Shown: positions 11,446-22,372 of the stretch, in pieces
How the letters are laid out: each line of letters begins with the position of its first letter
Position numbering within the stretch: position 1 is the first letter of the stretch
NCBI GenBank assembly: GCA_963663475.2
Contig: CAXXJV010000001.1
Coordinates: forward strand, 1,088,001-1,152,000
Source of the DNA: Candidatus Cloacimonadales bacterium
GTDB taxonomy: Bacteria > Cloacimonadota > Cloacimonadia > Cloacimonadales > JAFGVF01
Direction: 5' to 3'
DNA: 64,000 bases
Translations under genes and position numbers: made by a program
Notes under the pieces: generated by a model
Databases searched by the model: none
The model's input: the letters and a program-made list of their open reading frames with translations, nothing else
Told to the model about the DNA's origin: nothing

Positions 11446-12423
11446 ATGAGAGGGAAAAACATTTTTTTATTGTTATTGCTGGTCCTTTCTACAATTGGAT
11501 TACTATCATTAACAAGAGAAGAAGTAATTGAAGAAACACAATATCTAGAAATCACAAAAGATATTAACATTGAGAAAATTCTGATTTATAACAATGAATA
11601 TTACAATGATTGGTATGAATATACTCACAACAATCAGCAAGATGCTAATGTCGGAGACTATGTTTATGTTAGTTTTCCTTTCGGAAACAATAAAGGAGGC
11701 TATCGTCGTTTTTATGAGTTTCCTTTCATGGATCCACCTGAAGGTTGGGAGATATTATCTGTAACACTAAAAATTTATCAAAGTTCTTCTTGTGGTGATG
11801 GAGAGATTAATCAATTCCCTACTTTTATTAACGCAGACTTTTTTTTCTTAAAAGTAGCACTCTTAGAAATTGATATGGATAATCTTGCTTTAACCTTTGC
11901 TCCCTCTGTTTTTGAAGAAATTGGTGTTATAAGTAATAATCCAATCCACGAGTGGAAAGAGTTAGATGTTACCCAGGCATATTTAACCGCTAGAGATGAG
12001 TTGAGCTACTCAGCATTTTGTTTAATGTTATATTTTGATTTAATTTCTGATTCAGATGGGGAAGATGATTATTTATCTATTGCTACAGCTAGTAGTTCAA
12101 ATAAGCCTAAATTACTTTTTCAATATGTAAGAGCTACTTCCAATAATGAAAGTGAAAGTGAATCTATACCCCCACTTATAAATTGTTATCCTAATCCTAC
12201 ATCTGAAGTATTAACTATTAAAAATATCAGCGAAAAGCCTATTTCAACAATCAATATCTACAATATTAAAGGTCAGAAAGTATATTCTAATCATAATATA
12301 TCTACAAAAAATGGTGAAGTTAATCTAGCATTACCAACAAACATCGCTAGCGGTATTTATTTTGTAAAGTTCAAACTAGATGGAAATCTACAAACAATAA
12401 CAAAAAAAATATTTGTTAAATAA
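11446..12423 (+). CDS. Secreted protein, DNRLRE-like beta-sandwich plus T9SS-type C-terminal sorting domain
   Basis: Signal peptide; R.F..F...I.SVTL..Y, W..LDVT, P.L pattern; tail CYPNP...IYNIKGQKV...ASGIYFVK...KKIFVK. Confidence 0.8.
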   Translation: MRGKNIFLLLLLVLSTIGLLSLTREEVIEETQYLEITKDINIEKILIYNNEYYNDWYEYTHNNQQDANVGDYVYVSFPFGNNKGGYRRFYEFPFMDPPEGWEILSVTLKIYQSSSCGDGEINQFPTFINADFFFLKVALLEIDMDNLALTFAPSVFEEIGVISNNPIHEWKELDVTQAYLTARDELSYSAFCLMLYFDLISDSDGEDDYLSIATASSSNKPKLLFQYVRATSNNESESESIPPLINCYPNPTSEVLTIKNISEKPISTINIYNIKGQKVYSNHNISTKNGEVNLALPTNIASGIYFVKFKLDGNLQTITKKIFVK

Positions 12424-12432
12424 GGAGGAAGT

Positions 12433-13401
12433 ATGAGTCTAAAGAGATTAATGTTCATTCTAATTACTTTATTAGTAATTTCTTTATTATCAGCCCAGAT
12501 AAAAGAGGATGATTATATTGAAGAAATTGTGTATTTAGAGGAAGATAGTGATTACAATATCGTTAAAGTATTGTTTGATTTAGAAGGTTGGCATGACAAT
12601 CTGTATAATGTCTATTTAACCCATAGTTTTTCCATTGTTGGTGATGATGTAAATTATTTCACTCAAGAGAAGAGCGCTGTTAGAAAATACTATAGATTTC
12701 CTTTTCAAAACCCTCCAGAAATTTGGGAAATTGAATCAATAACTCTGAATGTATATCAAAATGGGACAATGAGTGGTGTTTATACAAATGTATGGCCATC
12801 TTTTTATGGGAATTCAAATCATGGGTTAAAAGTTGCCTTGTGTGATTTTAACATTGAGAATTTATCCTCTAGCTTCAATGCAACAAACTTTATGGAAATA
12901 GGGGAGATAAGTAATAATGCTAGTGTTGGTTGGAAGCAACTCGATGTAACTCAAGCATATTTATTGGCTAGAAATTCAATTGAATTCACAGACTTCCCAT
13001 TAATGCTCTATTTTGATTATATTACAGATTATGATAATGGTTGTGATTTAGTTGGGATTAGCCATGCCTCCACATCTAACCAACCATATCTAGAATTTCG
13101 TTATCATGATACCACTCCTACTTATGAAAGAGAGTGTGAGATTGCACAAGTAAATCTTCAATGTTATCCTAATCCAGTATCTGATTTATTAAGTATTAAA
13201 TCAGATAGCTCTATCAATATTAACCAAATATCGATTTATAACATCAAAGGGCAAAAAGTTTTATCAAAAGAAACCCAAAATTTCTCCAAAGGAGAGATTA
13301 GCCTTAATTTACCAGAAAATTTAGCAAGCGGTATCTATTTTGTAAAGTTCAAACTAGATGGAAATCTACAAACAATAACAAATAAAATATTTGTTAAATA
13401 A
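12433..13401 (+). CDS. Secreted DNRLRE-like/T9SS-tail protein, tandem paralog
   Basis: Same architecture as 11446; near-identical to 13411..14379 (978-bp period). Confidence 0.85.
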   Translation: MSLKRLMFILITLLVISLLSAQIKEDDYIEEIVYLEEDSDYNIVKVLFDLEGWHDNLYNVYLTHSFSIVGDDVNYFTQEKSAVRKYYRFPFQNPPEIWEIESITLNVYQNGTMSGVYTNVWPSFYGNSNHGLKVALCDFNIENLSSSFNATNFMEIGEISNNASVGWKQLDVTQAYLLARNSIEFTDFPLMLYFDYITDYDNGCDLVGISHASTSNQPYLEFRYHDTTPTYERECEIAQVNLQCYPNPVSDLLSIKSDSSININQISIYNIKGQKVLSKETQNFSKGEISLNLPENLASGIYFVKFKLDGNLQTITNKIFVK

Positions 13402-13410
13402 GGAGGAAGT

Positions 13411-14379
13411 ATGAGTCTAAAGAGATTAATGTTCATTCTAATTACTTTATTCGTAATTTTTTTATTATCAGCCCAAATAAAAGAGGATGATTATATTGAA
13501 GAGATTGTGTATTTGGAGGAAGATAGTGATTACAATATCGTTAAAGTATTGTTTGATTTAGAGGGTTGGCATGACGATTTGTATAATGTCTATTTAACCC
13601 ATAGTTTTTCCATTGTTGGTGATGATGTAAATTATTTCACTCAAGAGCAGGGCTGTGTTAGAAAATACTACAGATTTCCTTTTCAAAACCAGCCAGAAAC
13701 TTGGGAAATTGAATCAATAACTCTGAATGTGCATCAAAATGAGACAATGTGTGGTGTTTATACAAATGTATGGCCATCTTTTTATGGGAATTCAAATCAT
13801 GGGTTAAAAGTTGCCTTGTGTGATTTTAATATTGAGAATTTATCCTCTAGCTTTAATGCAACAAACTTTATGGAAATAGGAGTAATCAGTGATAATGCTA
13901 ATGATGGATGGAAACTACTTGATATAACACAAGCATATTTATTGGCTAGAAATTCAAGTGAATACACAGACTTCCCATTAATGCTCTATTTTGATTATAT
14001 TACAGATTATGATGATGGTTGTGATTATGTTGGGATTAGCCATGCCTCCACATCTAACCAACCATATCTAAAATTTCGTTACCATGATACCACTCCTACT
14101 TATGAAGGAGACTGTGAAATTGCACAAGCAAATCTTCAATGTTATCCTAATCCGGTATCTGATTTATTAAGTATTAAATCAGATAGCTCTATCAATATTA
14201 ACCAAATATCGATTTATAACATCAAAGGGCAAAAAGTTTTTACAAAAGAAACCCAAAATTTCTCCAAAGGAGAGATTAGCCTTAATTTACCAGAAAATTT
14301 AGCAAGCGGTATCTATTTTGTAAAGTTCAAACTAGATGGAAATCCACAAACAATAACAAAAAAAATATTTGTAAAATGA
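13411..14379 (+). CDS. Secreted DNRLRE-like/T9SS-tail protein, tandem paralog
   Basis: Direct duplicate of 12433..13401 with scattered substitutions. Confidence 0.85.
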   Translation: MSLKRLMFILITLFVIFLLSAQIKEDDYIEEIVYLEEDSDYNIVKVLFDLEGWHDDLYNVYLTHSFSIVGDDVNYFTQEQGCVRKYYRFPFQNQPETWEIESITLNVHQNETMCGVYTNVWPSFYGNSNHGLKVALCDFNIENLSSSFNATNFMEIGVISDNANDGWKLLDITQAYLLARNSSEYTDFPLMLYFDYITDYDDGCDYVGISHASTSNQPYLKFRYHDTTPTYEGDCEIAQANLQCYPNPVSDLLSIKSDSSININQISIYNIKGQKVFTKETQNFSKGEISLNLPENLASGIYFVKFKLDGNPQTITKKIFVK

Positions 14380-14386
14380 GGAAAAA

Positions 14387-14623
14387 ATGAACAGAAAAAT
14401 TTTCTTAATCATGATTATTTTGCTATCTGTAATTTCAGTTTTCGCCACACATGAGGAAGGAGCTCTATTGTTTTCAACATCAGAGCCTGTAACATTGTCT
14501 CAAACATATACTGACTCAATTGTTACCGATACTAGTTGGCTAAATGATTTATCTAAGGTTTATTCTATCAATGAGCTTTATCATATTTATGAGATTAATA
14601 CTATTGAAGAACAAAGATATTGA
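14387..14623 (+). pseudogene. Short or truncated secreted protein gene
   Basis: RBS plus signal peptide (VFA) but stops after 78 aa inside an 11-bp inverted repeat. Confidence 0.45.
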
Positions 14624-14703
14624 CATTAACAGCATAGAATGTCAATATGGATATCTAGATTATGTCCGAGAGCAATATTATATAATTAGGGGGTTTTAGG
14701 GAA

Positions 14704-15786
14704 ATGAAGAGTTTAAGAGTTTCAAAAGTGGTCTTTCTTTTTGCTATTTTAATATTAGTGGTTGGATGTGAACTTAAATGGGACGAACCTGAAGTAGGTG
14801 AAGGTGCCTGGCCTGAAGAATTCATAGCTACAATGAACATTGATGGTTCTGATGTACAACTAATACAATCACAAAATCAAACTTCTTTTGCTGGAGCAAG
14901 GCCTTACTTTGTTAGAGACTTAGCAGGAAATTATGATGATGAAGTCATACTCTTAGACTTTAAAAACAGAATTGAAATTATGTCACTTAACGGAGAGTAT
15001 AGAAGAACTATCATTGATTCTTTGGGAGGAGTAAAATATTTTAATCAAGATAGAACAAAAATGATTGTGAACCATGATCAAAAAGTTTATTTCTGCAGTG
15101 TCGATGGCTCAGAAGTAAAGAAGGTTTCGCTTGACTATGTTTCTTCGCGTTATCCATCATTCGCATTTGATGAAAATTCAATCTTATATAATTACTCAAT
15201 TAGCTATGAAAGCACTCTTCTTGAAACTGGAATCATGGAATATGTTATTGCAACAAATGAATCAAAAAAGTTAGTTAGAGCACCTGTGCAGAGAGACTAT
15301 CAGTATGAAACATTTTACTCTATAGCTAAGATTAGTGATGAAGCAATAGTATATTCTTATGGTGTTAATAATTATTCAGATATTGACTCTATTCATGTTC
15401 TTACAAATATCATGAATGATTATCGAATGCATAATCTAAGCACAGGTGAAATTGAAACAATATGGGAACAATCACAATATATGAAATATTCCCATTTGAA
15501 AGAATTTGCATATTTTAGTTATGATTGGCTTCTTAATTTAGCAACACTTTCATCATTACAAGTTGAATCAAGTGTTTATAGTGCAGATGATGCAAGCTTT
15601 AGTCCAAATGATCGCTTTTTAATGCTAAATGAGATTATTTATGACATTAGTGCAGACACTACAAGCTGTGTAGAAGATGGTGATTTCTTTGGGAAATATC
15701 ATCATGTTTCTAAGACTCATCTGAATTTAGGTAATACTAAATTAGTGGGGATTGTGCGTTATCTTCACTATATACCAGTTGATTAA
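14704..15786 (+). CDS. Lipoprotein, TolB-like/beta-propeller-like
   Basis: Lipobox LVVG-C; repeated 'IATMNIDGS', 'IMSLNGE', 'SVDGS', 'PSFAFD', 'ASFSPND'; paralog of 32971..33981. Confidence 0.65.
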   Translation: MKSLRVSKVVFLFAILILVVGCELKWDEPEVGEGAWPEEFIATMNIDGSDVQLIQSQNQTSFAGARPYFVRDLAGNYDDEVILLDFKNRIEIMSLNGEYRRTIIDSLGGVKYFNQDRTKMIVNHDQKVYFCSVDGSEVKKVSLDYVSSRYPSFAFDENSILYNYSISYESTLLETGIMEYVIATNESKKLVRAPVQRDYQYETFYSIAKISDEAIVYSYGVNNYSDIDSIHVLTNIMNDYRMHNLSTGEIETIWEQSQYMKYSHLKEFAYFSYDWLLNLATLSSLQVESSVYSADDASFSPNDRFLMLNEIIYDISADTTSCVEDGDFFGKYHHVSKTHLNLGNTKLVGIVRYLHYIPVD

Positions 15787-15949
15787 ACCCAAATAATGTA
15801 GTATACCTTTGTGAATAGCAGAATATTCTTCTGCAAAAGTAAGATCCATAATTTCTCCGAATATATAAAAAATATGCGGCAAAATTCTGTAAGCTATTTT
15901 GCTAGAATAATCTGCACTCTTCACTAAAGCCTACTACACTATCTGTGTT
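15786..15949 (+). mobile_element. MITE-like repeat family A, full copy
   Basis: Begins at the TAA stop of the upstream gene; same core as the other copies. Confidence 0.8.
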
Positions 15950-15973
15950 AAAGAGAAATAATATCCAAAAGTA

Positions 15974-15997
15974 AAAGCCCCACTTAAGTAGGGCTTT
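15974..15997. terminator. Probable bidirectional terminator
   Basis: AAAGCCC...GGGCTTT hairpin between convergent genes. Confidence 0.6.
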
Positions 15998-16197
15998 AAT
16001 TTATATTCTGTTTAGTCCTTAATAATTTGGACTAGTTTATTAGTTCTCTTCTTGTTATCCAGTTGTCCCCTTTCGCTTCGAACCACTTCTTGGTGGATCA
16101 TGTGGAGTGTCTTGCCAACACTCTCTATTAGATGCCATCCCATCGGGATTTAAGAGGTCTTAATTCGCGTAAATTCGTGTGAATAGCTTTCTGACTG

Positions 16198-18240
16198 TTA
16201 TACCCCAAACTCTTCCAAAGGTTTATTAAGTTCTTCAGTTCCAGGAACAGCGAATCTACCGTCTCTGATAATATCAATCTCTTTTCCGTCAGCAGTGATA
16301 GCTACGATGAAATCTAAGTCTTCATAAGGAAGAGTAATATCAGTGTGGCAATTAGTATAAGCTGCTTGGATATCTGTTTTTCTTTTAGCTGAGTGAGTGT
16401 TTTCCCTAGCTGTAATTTCTTTACCATCGATAGGGTTAAAGACAGCGAAATCTTCTTCCCATGAGAAGCAAGTATCACCAATAGCGAAGTGAGGTCCCAT
16501 TTTTTCTACTATAAGAATAGGAAGTAAGTTTAGAATATCAAACTTTTTAGCCATTACATAAGCTGGAGTGTTAGTACCGATAGCAAATTCTCCAAGTGGA
16601 AGTGTCTTGTGGGGGAAGAGTAAATCTTCTTGAATAAGCTTTTTATTTTCTTCTTCATTTTCCATATTTCCACAGGTATATTCTTCCACATAACCATCTT
16701 TAAAGTGTAGTTCTAGTTCTTTAAAAGTGATATTGTTAAGGAAGCTTTCTTGTACATGGAGAATACCATTTGTCCCTTCTAACATTGGAGAAGTGAATAC
16801 TTCCCCTACAGGGATATTTACATCAGCTCCACAATTTACGAAGTTAGTGTGTTTATTTGGGTCAGCTAACTTTTGCATTTTAACTTTAATATCTGTTTTA
16901 TTTCCATTTTTGCCTTTAACATGAACATATTCTGCTTGGTCCATTACATCAACTATTTTTTGTTGAATTTCTTCCCAGTGAAGAGTATCGATCATGTTAA
17001 TATCTGAAGTTGCTTCGAAGATTTCTTCAAACTTAGGTCCGATTTCAGGAACAGGGAAACCGATAATACAGAAACTTGTTTCTGTACGAGGCATATATTT
17101 TTGAGAAGTTTTGCTACGAGCAATATTGAGCTGTTGAGACAATTTTTGTTGTTCTTCTGAGAGCTTTAAATTTTCTACTTTAGCTTTAGGAGAAAATGGT
17201 TTTTCACCGAAAGCATCAAAAGCGACAACACCAGCATACTTGGTTAGTACATCTGAGCAAATTTCAGAAACAGTATCTTGATCAATTATCAGCTTGTCAG
17301 TGTATTCTCTATCAAGGACCATTGCTGAATCAAATCTATGGTCATAACCATATTGTTTATTTGCAACTGTAGAAGATGCTCTTGAAAAAAGAGGTTTGAG
17401 ATTATAATCTTCAAGATTCTTAACCAGTTGGCGGACAATTCTTTCTTGTCCTAAATTATATACAATCAAAACAGTTTCTTTGATTGATAAGTCTTTTTTA
17501 GCTAACTCAAATCCACGGATAAAGGCTTTAGTGAGTTCATCAGTTAGTTTTAAGATTTTATCTTCAGGGTATTTATTAAGGAATTGAGCAGTTTTAATCT
17601 CATTTTCAGTAATATATTTTCCATATTGATAGAGATATCTAATATCACTTAAATCTGCTTCCATTACAATTTTTCCAAAAGCATAATTGTCAGGATCAAA
17701 TGTTGATCTAGTATTTAACTCTTTCTCTTCTAAAGTTAAATTCATTACATAATCTTTATAAATAGCAAAGATAGAATCATAATCTTTCTTATCAGCTTTC
17801 ATAGAGGCTACGATGTCTAAGAAAAGTTGATTTTTTTTAGCTAGCTCATTAATCTCGAAGTTAACTACATGAGAGAAGCAACTTCTATAGCCAATATAGA
17901 TAGCTGATAATAATTGTCCAATTTTATCACCATATTGAGCAACTGCGTAAGCAGGATTAGCAAAAGAAGTTTCATAATTTTCAGCTAAAATTTCTGAATA
18001 GATTTCAGAATTGAATTTGGCTAATTCTTTTAGATCATGGTGTTTAAAATAGTTATCATTATACTCTTCTTTGAACTGATCTGCTTTGAGAATCTTTTCT
18101 GCTATCAATGCTAAAAATGGCTTAAATGTCCCATCGCATTCTTCAATTTCTTTCTGTAGTTTTTTTATTTCTTCAATTGTTTCATTATACTTGGGAATTG
18201 CTGTTTCATTAATACTTTTTTTCAATTCTAAAAACTTCAT
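16198..18240 (-). CDS. Aminopeptidase, M29 (thermophilic metalloprotease) family with long N-terminal region
   Basis: NIPVGEVFTSP, LGEFAIGTN, EKMGPHFAIGD, HTDIT, IIRDGRF. Confidence 0.88.
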   Translation of the reverse strand: MKFLELKKSINETAIPKYNETIEEIKKLQKEIEECDGTFKPFLALIAEKILKADQFKEEYNDNYFKHHDLKELAKFNSEIYSEILAENYETSFANPAYAVAQYGDKIGQLLSAIYIGYRSCFSHVVNFEINELAKKNQLFLDIVASMKADKKDYDSIFAIYKDYVMNLTLEEKELNTRSTFDPDNYAFGKIVMEADLSDIRYLYQYGKYITENEIKTAQFLNKYPEDKILKLTDELTKAFIRGFELAKKDLSIKETVLIVYNLGQERIVRQLVKNLEDYNLKPLFSRASSTVANKQYGYDHRFDSAMVLDREYTDKLIIDQDTVSEICSDVLTKYAGVVAFDAFGEKPFSPKAKVENLKLSEEQQKLSQQLNIARSKTSQKYMPRTETSFCIIGFPVPEIGPKFEEIFEATSDINMIDTLHWEEIQQKIVDVMDQAEYVHVKGKNGNKTDIKVKMQKLADPNKHTNFVNCGADVNIPVGEVFTSPMLEGTNGILHVQESFLNNITFKELELHFKDGYVEEYTCGNMENEEENKKLIQEDLLFPHKTLPLGEFAIGTNTPAYVMAKKFDILNLLPILIVEKMGPHFAIGDTCFSWEEDFAVFNPIDGKEITARENTHSAKRKTDIQAAYTNCHTDITLPYEDLDFIVAITADGKEIDIIRDGRFAVPGTEELNKPLEEFGV

Positions 18241-18268
18241 TGCATCTCCTTTGTTGCATTTTTGGTTT

Positions 18269-18760
18269 CTATTTTTTTAGTTTTTTAATTATTTCTCTTA
18301 ATATATCATTCTCTTCAATATCGTCAATAGAAAAATTTGCTACTTCCTCATAAAGAGCTTTTCTTGCCTGATAAATGGCAAAAAGTTCTTCTTTAGTATT
18401 TTTCTTTACTAGGGGGCGATTACTGTTTTTAATTCTATCATAGAGAATGGCCCATGGAGGATTTAGCCAGATAACTTGATAGCTCTTTAGGTATTTTCTA
18501 TTGTTTGGACTAGAAATAACCCCACCTCCGGTAGAAATAACTCCAGAAGGCGGGGAAGAAAGGAGGATATCTCGCTCTAAAGAACGAAATTTCTTTTCAC
18601 CATAAGTATGAAAAATATCTTTAATGGATCTCATACACTCTTTCTCCAGAAGGTAATCGAGATCATAATGTTCTAGCTTCAAAACATCAGCCAATAAACG
18701 ACCAATATGGCTTTTGCCTGAACCCATAAATCCAATAATAAATATTTTTTTACTAATCAT
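18269..18760 (-). CDS. aroK: Shikimate kinase
   Basis: IGFMGSGKS, DLD, GE..FR.LE, STGGG, RPL, R..LY. Confidence 0.93.
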   Translation of the reverse strand: MISKKIFIIGFMGSGKSHIGRLLADVLKLEHYDLDYLLEKECMRSIKDIFHTYGEKKFRSLERDILLSSPPSGVISTGGGVISSPNNRKYLKSYQVIWLNPPWAILYDRIKNSNRPLVKKNTKEELFAIYQARKALYEEVANFSIDDIEENDILREIIKKLKK

Positions 18761-18974
18761 ATGACTATAAAATATTTTCTTAGAATCATGTCAAGAAAAA
18801 ATTAACCTATGGTTTATTAAATTATTTAAGAAGTAGAGGCAAAACATCTTTTGCTCTATTAAAGACATCTTTCGCCCATTTTCTCTTTAGTCTGCGGTGA
18901 ACAGACTTATAGTTAGCTCTTCTTGCTTTATTCCTAATTATGAATATATTATATATTAAAAAAGGTGGATTTAT

Positions 18975-19499
18975 ATGTTAAGGATCTCACTTATGCTAAT
19001 AATTTTAGCATCTTCATTAGTAGTTAGTGGTAAAGAACCAAGCCCTGTTGATAATGTAGATCTTGTTCAATACCAAGGAAGATGGTATGAAATTGCAAAA
19101 CTACCCAATTGGTTTCAGAAAAAGTGTGTCAAAAACACTACAGCTTCTTATAAATTAAGAGAAGATGGTTATATCTCAGTAATTAATCGTTGTATAGAAG
19201 AGGATGGCCATGTTAACCAAGTTGAAGGTAAGGCTAGGATAGTAGATAAGCAAAGTAATGCCAAATTAGAAGTATCTTTTGCAAGGTTCTTATGGAAGAA
19301 CTGGTTTTGGGGTGACTATTGGGTGATTGGATTAGCTGATGATTATTCTTGGGCTATTGTGGGAGGACCTAACTATAAGTATGCCTGGATATTAGCAAGA
19401 GAAAAACGTTTAGACAATTCTACACTTGTTGAGATTTTTGATATTCTAGATCATCAAGGTTATAAAACTGATAAATTTGAATTTACTCTACAAGATTAG
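18975..19499 (+). CDS. blc: Bacterial lipocalin
   Basis: Y.GRWYEIAKLP.WFQK.C, GDYWV, Y.WILAR. Confidence 0.9.
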   Translation: MLRISLMLIILASSLVVSGKEPSPVDNVDLVQYQGRWYEIAKLPNWFQKKCVKNTTASYKLREDGYISVINRCIEEDGHVNQVEGKARIVDKQSNAKLEVSFARFLWKNWFWGDYWVIGLADDYSWAIVGGPNYKYAWILAREKRLDNSTLVEIFDILDHQGYKTDKFEFTLQD

Positions 19500-19582
19500 A
19501 TGGCTAAAGAAAATATATCTCTTGACATAATATGATATTTTTTGTTTATAATAATTAATATTTCTTAATTGAGAGGTTTTGA

Positions 19583-19834
19583 ATGTGGTTATTCTTTAAA
19601 TATGATTTCAGAGGTCTTAAGGAAGGCTTTAATAAAGCTGGGTGGATAGCTTTTTTTATTAGCATTTTAATACAAATAATATTATATATATTTCATAGTT
19701 TTAATTATGAATCTCCTAAACATGCTATAGCTTATAATATAGGTGGAGTAGTTATTAACGGACTAATAGTAGCACTTCTTGCTCATATAATTAGCTCAAT
19801 ATTTACAAAACCATATCCTGATAAAAAAAAGTAG
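19583..19834 (+). CDS. Small membrane protein, unknown function
   Basis: GAGG RBS; two hydrophobic segments. Confidence 0.55.
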   Translation: MWLFFKYDFRGLKEGFNKAGWIAFFISILIQIILYIFHSFNYESPKHAIAYNIGGVVINGLIVALLAHIISSIFTKPYPDKKK

Positions 19835-19888
19835 TATGTTTAACTCGAGTGTTACCTTATATAAAATCTGTATGGGAGGTTATACAGC

Positions 19889-20155
19889 ATGAATACCTTA
19901 TTATTTTTCATTAAATTAGTTGGTGTGTATATATTATCACTAGGTTTGTTGCATCTTGCACATGGTTTACAAGTTATAAGCGGAATGATAAAATTCAAGT
20001 TCTTATTATTCATAGGAAACATGCTTTTTTCAATTAAACTTATTATGACCTTAATTGATAGTAGTAGCCCAATATACTCAATCGAAAATATAATCATTAT
20101 ATTATTTATAAGTATTATTTGGTTAATATATTTTGTTTATTATTATCGGCATTAA
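19889..20155 (+). CDS. Small membrane protein, unknown function
   Basis: GGAGG RBS; three hydrophobic segments. Confidence 0.5.
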   Translation: MNTLLFFIKLVGVYILSLGLLHLAHGLQVISGMIKFKFLLFIGNMLFSIKLIMTLIDSSSPIYSIENIIIILFISIIWLIYFVYYYRH

Positions 20156-20167
20156 GAGGAAGTAGCA

Positions 20168-22362
20168 CTAATCTAAATCAAAATTTACACATTGAGGAGA
20201 AGCTTGGAAAAATGATACTTGATCTTCATATCTTGAAGTTAATATATCAGGGTTTAATGTATTCATTAAGCCACTACTATCTTCAACAAAATCAGTACGC
20301 CTATTCACAAGCATATACTTCTGATGACCATATTCGTCTTCAAAAAATCCGATGTGAATGTAGCCATTATAGGTGTCTCTATCATTATTATTCCCAATAC
20401 TAGGAGTTTTTATTCCTCCAGTTGGGAAGTATTTATAGATACTATTATTAAGGGGTTTATCTTCACCTTCTTCCTGATTTTGACCAATAATATAGATTTC
20501 AGAATCTAGAGCTTGAATACCATTTGCTTTAATAGTAGTAGCATCTAGCCATGTTAAATCTTTAAGAATATTTCCATAGCTATATACTTTTTCATTGGCT
20601 TCTTTTATTGCATAGTATTGTGGTGTAATATGCCGTCCATTAGGATGAATGGAATCATTATCATCATCATTAACTAGGGCATACCAGCGATGACCATTAT
20701 CTTCAGGGTCATTATCATTAAATGTAGTATCTTTATAAAATGGAAAATCAATTATTCCATCAACCCCATAACAGAGAGGTAAATATTGCAAGCATTTAAT
20801 CATGTTAATTGTTGGATATTGATAGCCTACCCATTCATTATTTCGATTATCCCATTTACCAGCAGTACAAGGTACAACATAGAAAGGTCTATCTTCAGCT
20901 TTATGTTTTGCTCTTCTATAGTTTGCACAAGCCCACCAATCTATTAGGAATTGAACAAAATTATCATCATCAATATTATTCCAATTAGCGTCAGGTTTTA
21001 GTGGATAAAAATCTATCATTAAATCATCAGGTTGGGCTTGTTCTACAAATTGCCCTGGATGAAAATATCTAGTATTATTTGGTTTTTTCTCTTTAAAATT
21101 TATTGGCCAATTAGTTGTGATTATGTTATAATTATTAAGTCTTTCATCTATCAATTTATGAGAATCAAAGTGAGTAAACTTGGGCTCATCTACAGTATAG
21201 TGATTATGTACTGAGGAGTATTTATTTAATCTATTTTCTAAAGCATCAAGTGCCACGCCATCAACAATTTGCTTATGTACGTCATCTTCAAACTCAATAT
21301 AATCGATTCTAACATCATGATTACCTTCCCAGTATATGTATGGGGTTATGCCATTTAATCTTTTTCTGCTATGAAAGTTATATAGATATGATCTACTATC
21401 ATCATTGTCTCGACTATTAATTTCTCCATCCAACAAGCTAGATAATTCTAACTCTAAAGTTATCTTCCTAAAACCATCTTGTTGTTCAGGGTTGGCTATA
21501 GTTGTAATTGTTGGATCATTAAGCTCTGTGGCAGTATAAGTCAACATGGAACCATAATCATTATTCATTGTATTTCTAATCTCTTTAAAATACCACTCTT
21601 CATTATCGTTGGCATCAATGTTAAGTAACTTTAGACCAAATTTTAAAGCAGAAGAGGTGTCTGAACTAACCTTATAACAAACTGTCATATATAACTTATT
21701 GTACTGGATATAATTTAATTCATCACTACCATTAGAGAATTCAAATGCTTCCTTGTAAGGTAAATAATCAGCATTATCAATAAAATCTCCATCAACACCA
21801 TTTTTGTGATTTTTCCACCTATGCCTTAAATTATCAACAATAACATCTTCTGTCATTGTAGTAGGTGAACAAAACAGGAATCTTCTTCCGAATGCTTGAT
21901 TTATAGCCCCAATTCTATCAATATCAAAATGATAATGGTAAATGTCATTATTCTCTTCTATATGCCTATCACTTTCAGGAATATTGTTATCTTCTCTACT
22001 ATCAAACTCAGCTTCGAATTTTGCTATATACCCATGGAAAGATTTCTTGGGCTTATTTCATTTATCACACCATTGGAATAATTAGTATAATTATCATAAA
22101 GAATTGGAGTTAAATCGCATTGCTCCATTTTACTTAACATTGTACTCAAATCTCCCCATGGATACTGGGTAAGTTTTACCGGCGAACAAATTGATGAATT
22201 ATAGTTGGCTTCTTGCATTAAAGTGAACAATCTAGTATATGAAGTTTCTCCATAAGCTGGATGAATGTAGCCATAATTACCAATAAGGAAATCATCTCTA
22301 ATTGATGACCAACAACTTAAAACAAATATTGCAAGTGATACTGTTACAAATAACCTTTTCAT
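20168..22362 (-). pseudogene. Large secreted protein gene, frameshifted near 22024-22030 and probably 3'-truncated
   Basis: Signal-peptide ORF 22362..22024 and ORF 21856..20168, whose frame stays open back past 22030. Removing one TA from ATGGGTATATAGCA joins them. No sorting tail. Confidence 0.65.
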
Positions 22363-22372
22363 TTTTTACTCC

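Noticed and set aside
12433-14379. DGR-type mutagenesis explaining paralog differences
   Set aside because: Differences are not restricted to adenines and both copies are full genes
15742-15924. 60-aa ORF (also 29522..29707, 48283..48546, 50377..50634, 37045..37308)
   Set aside because: Chance ORFs running through MITE or palindromic repeats
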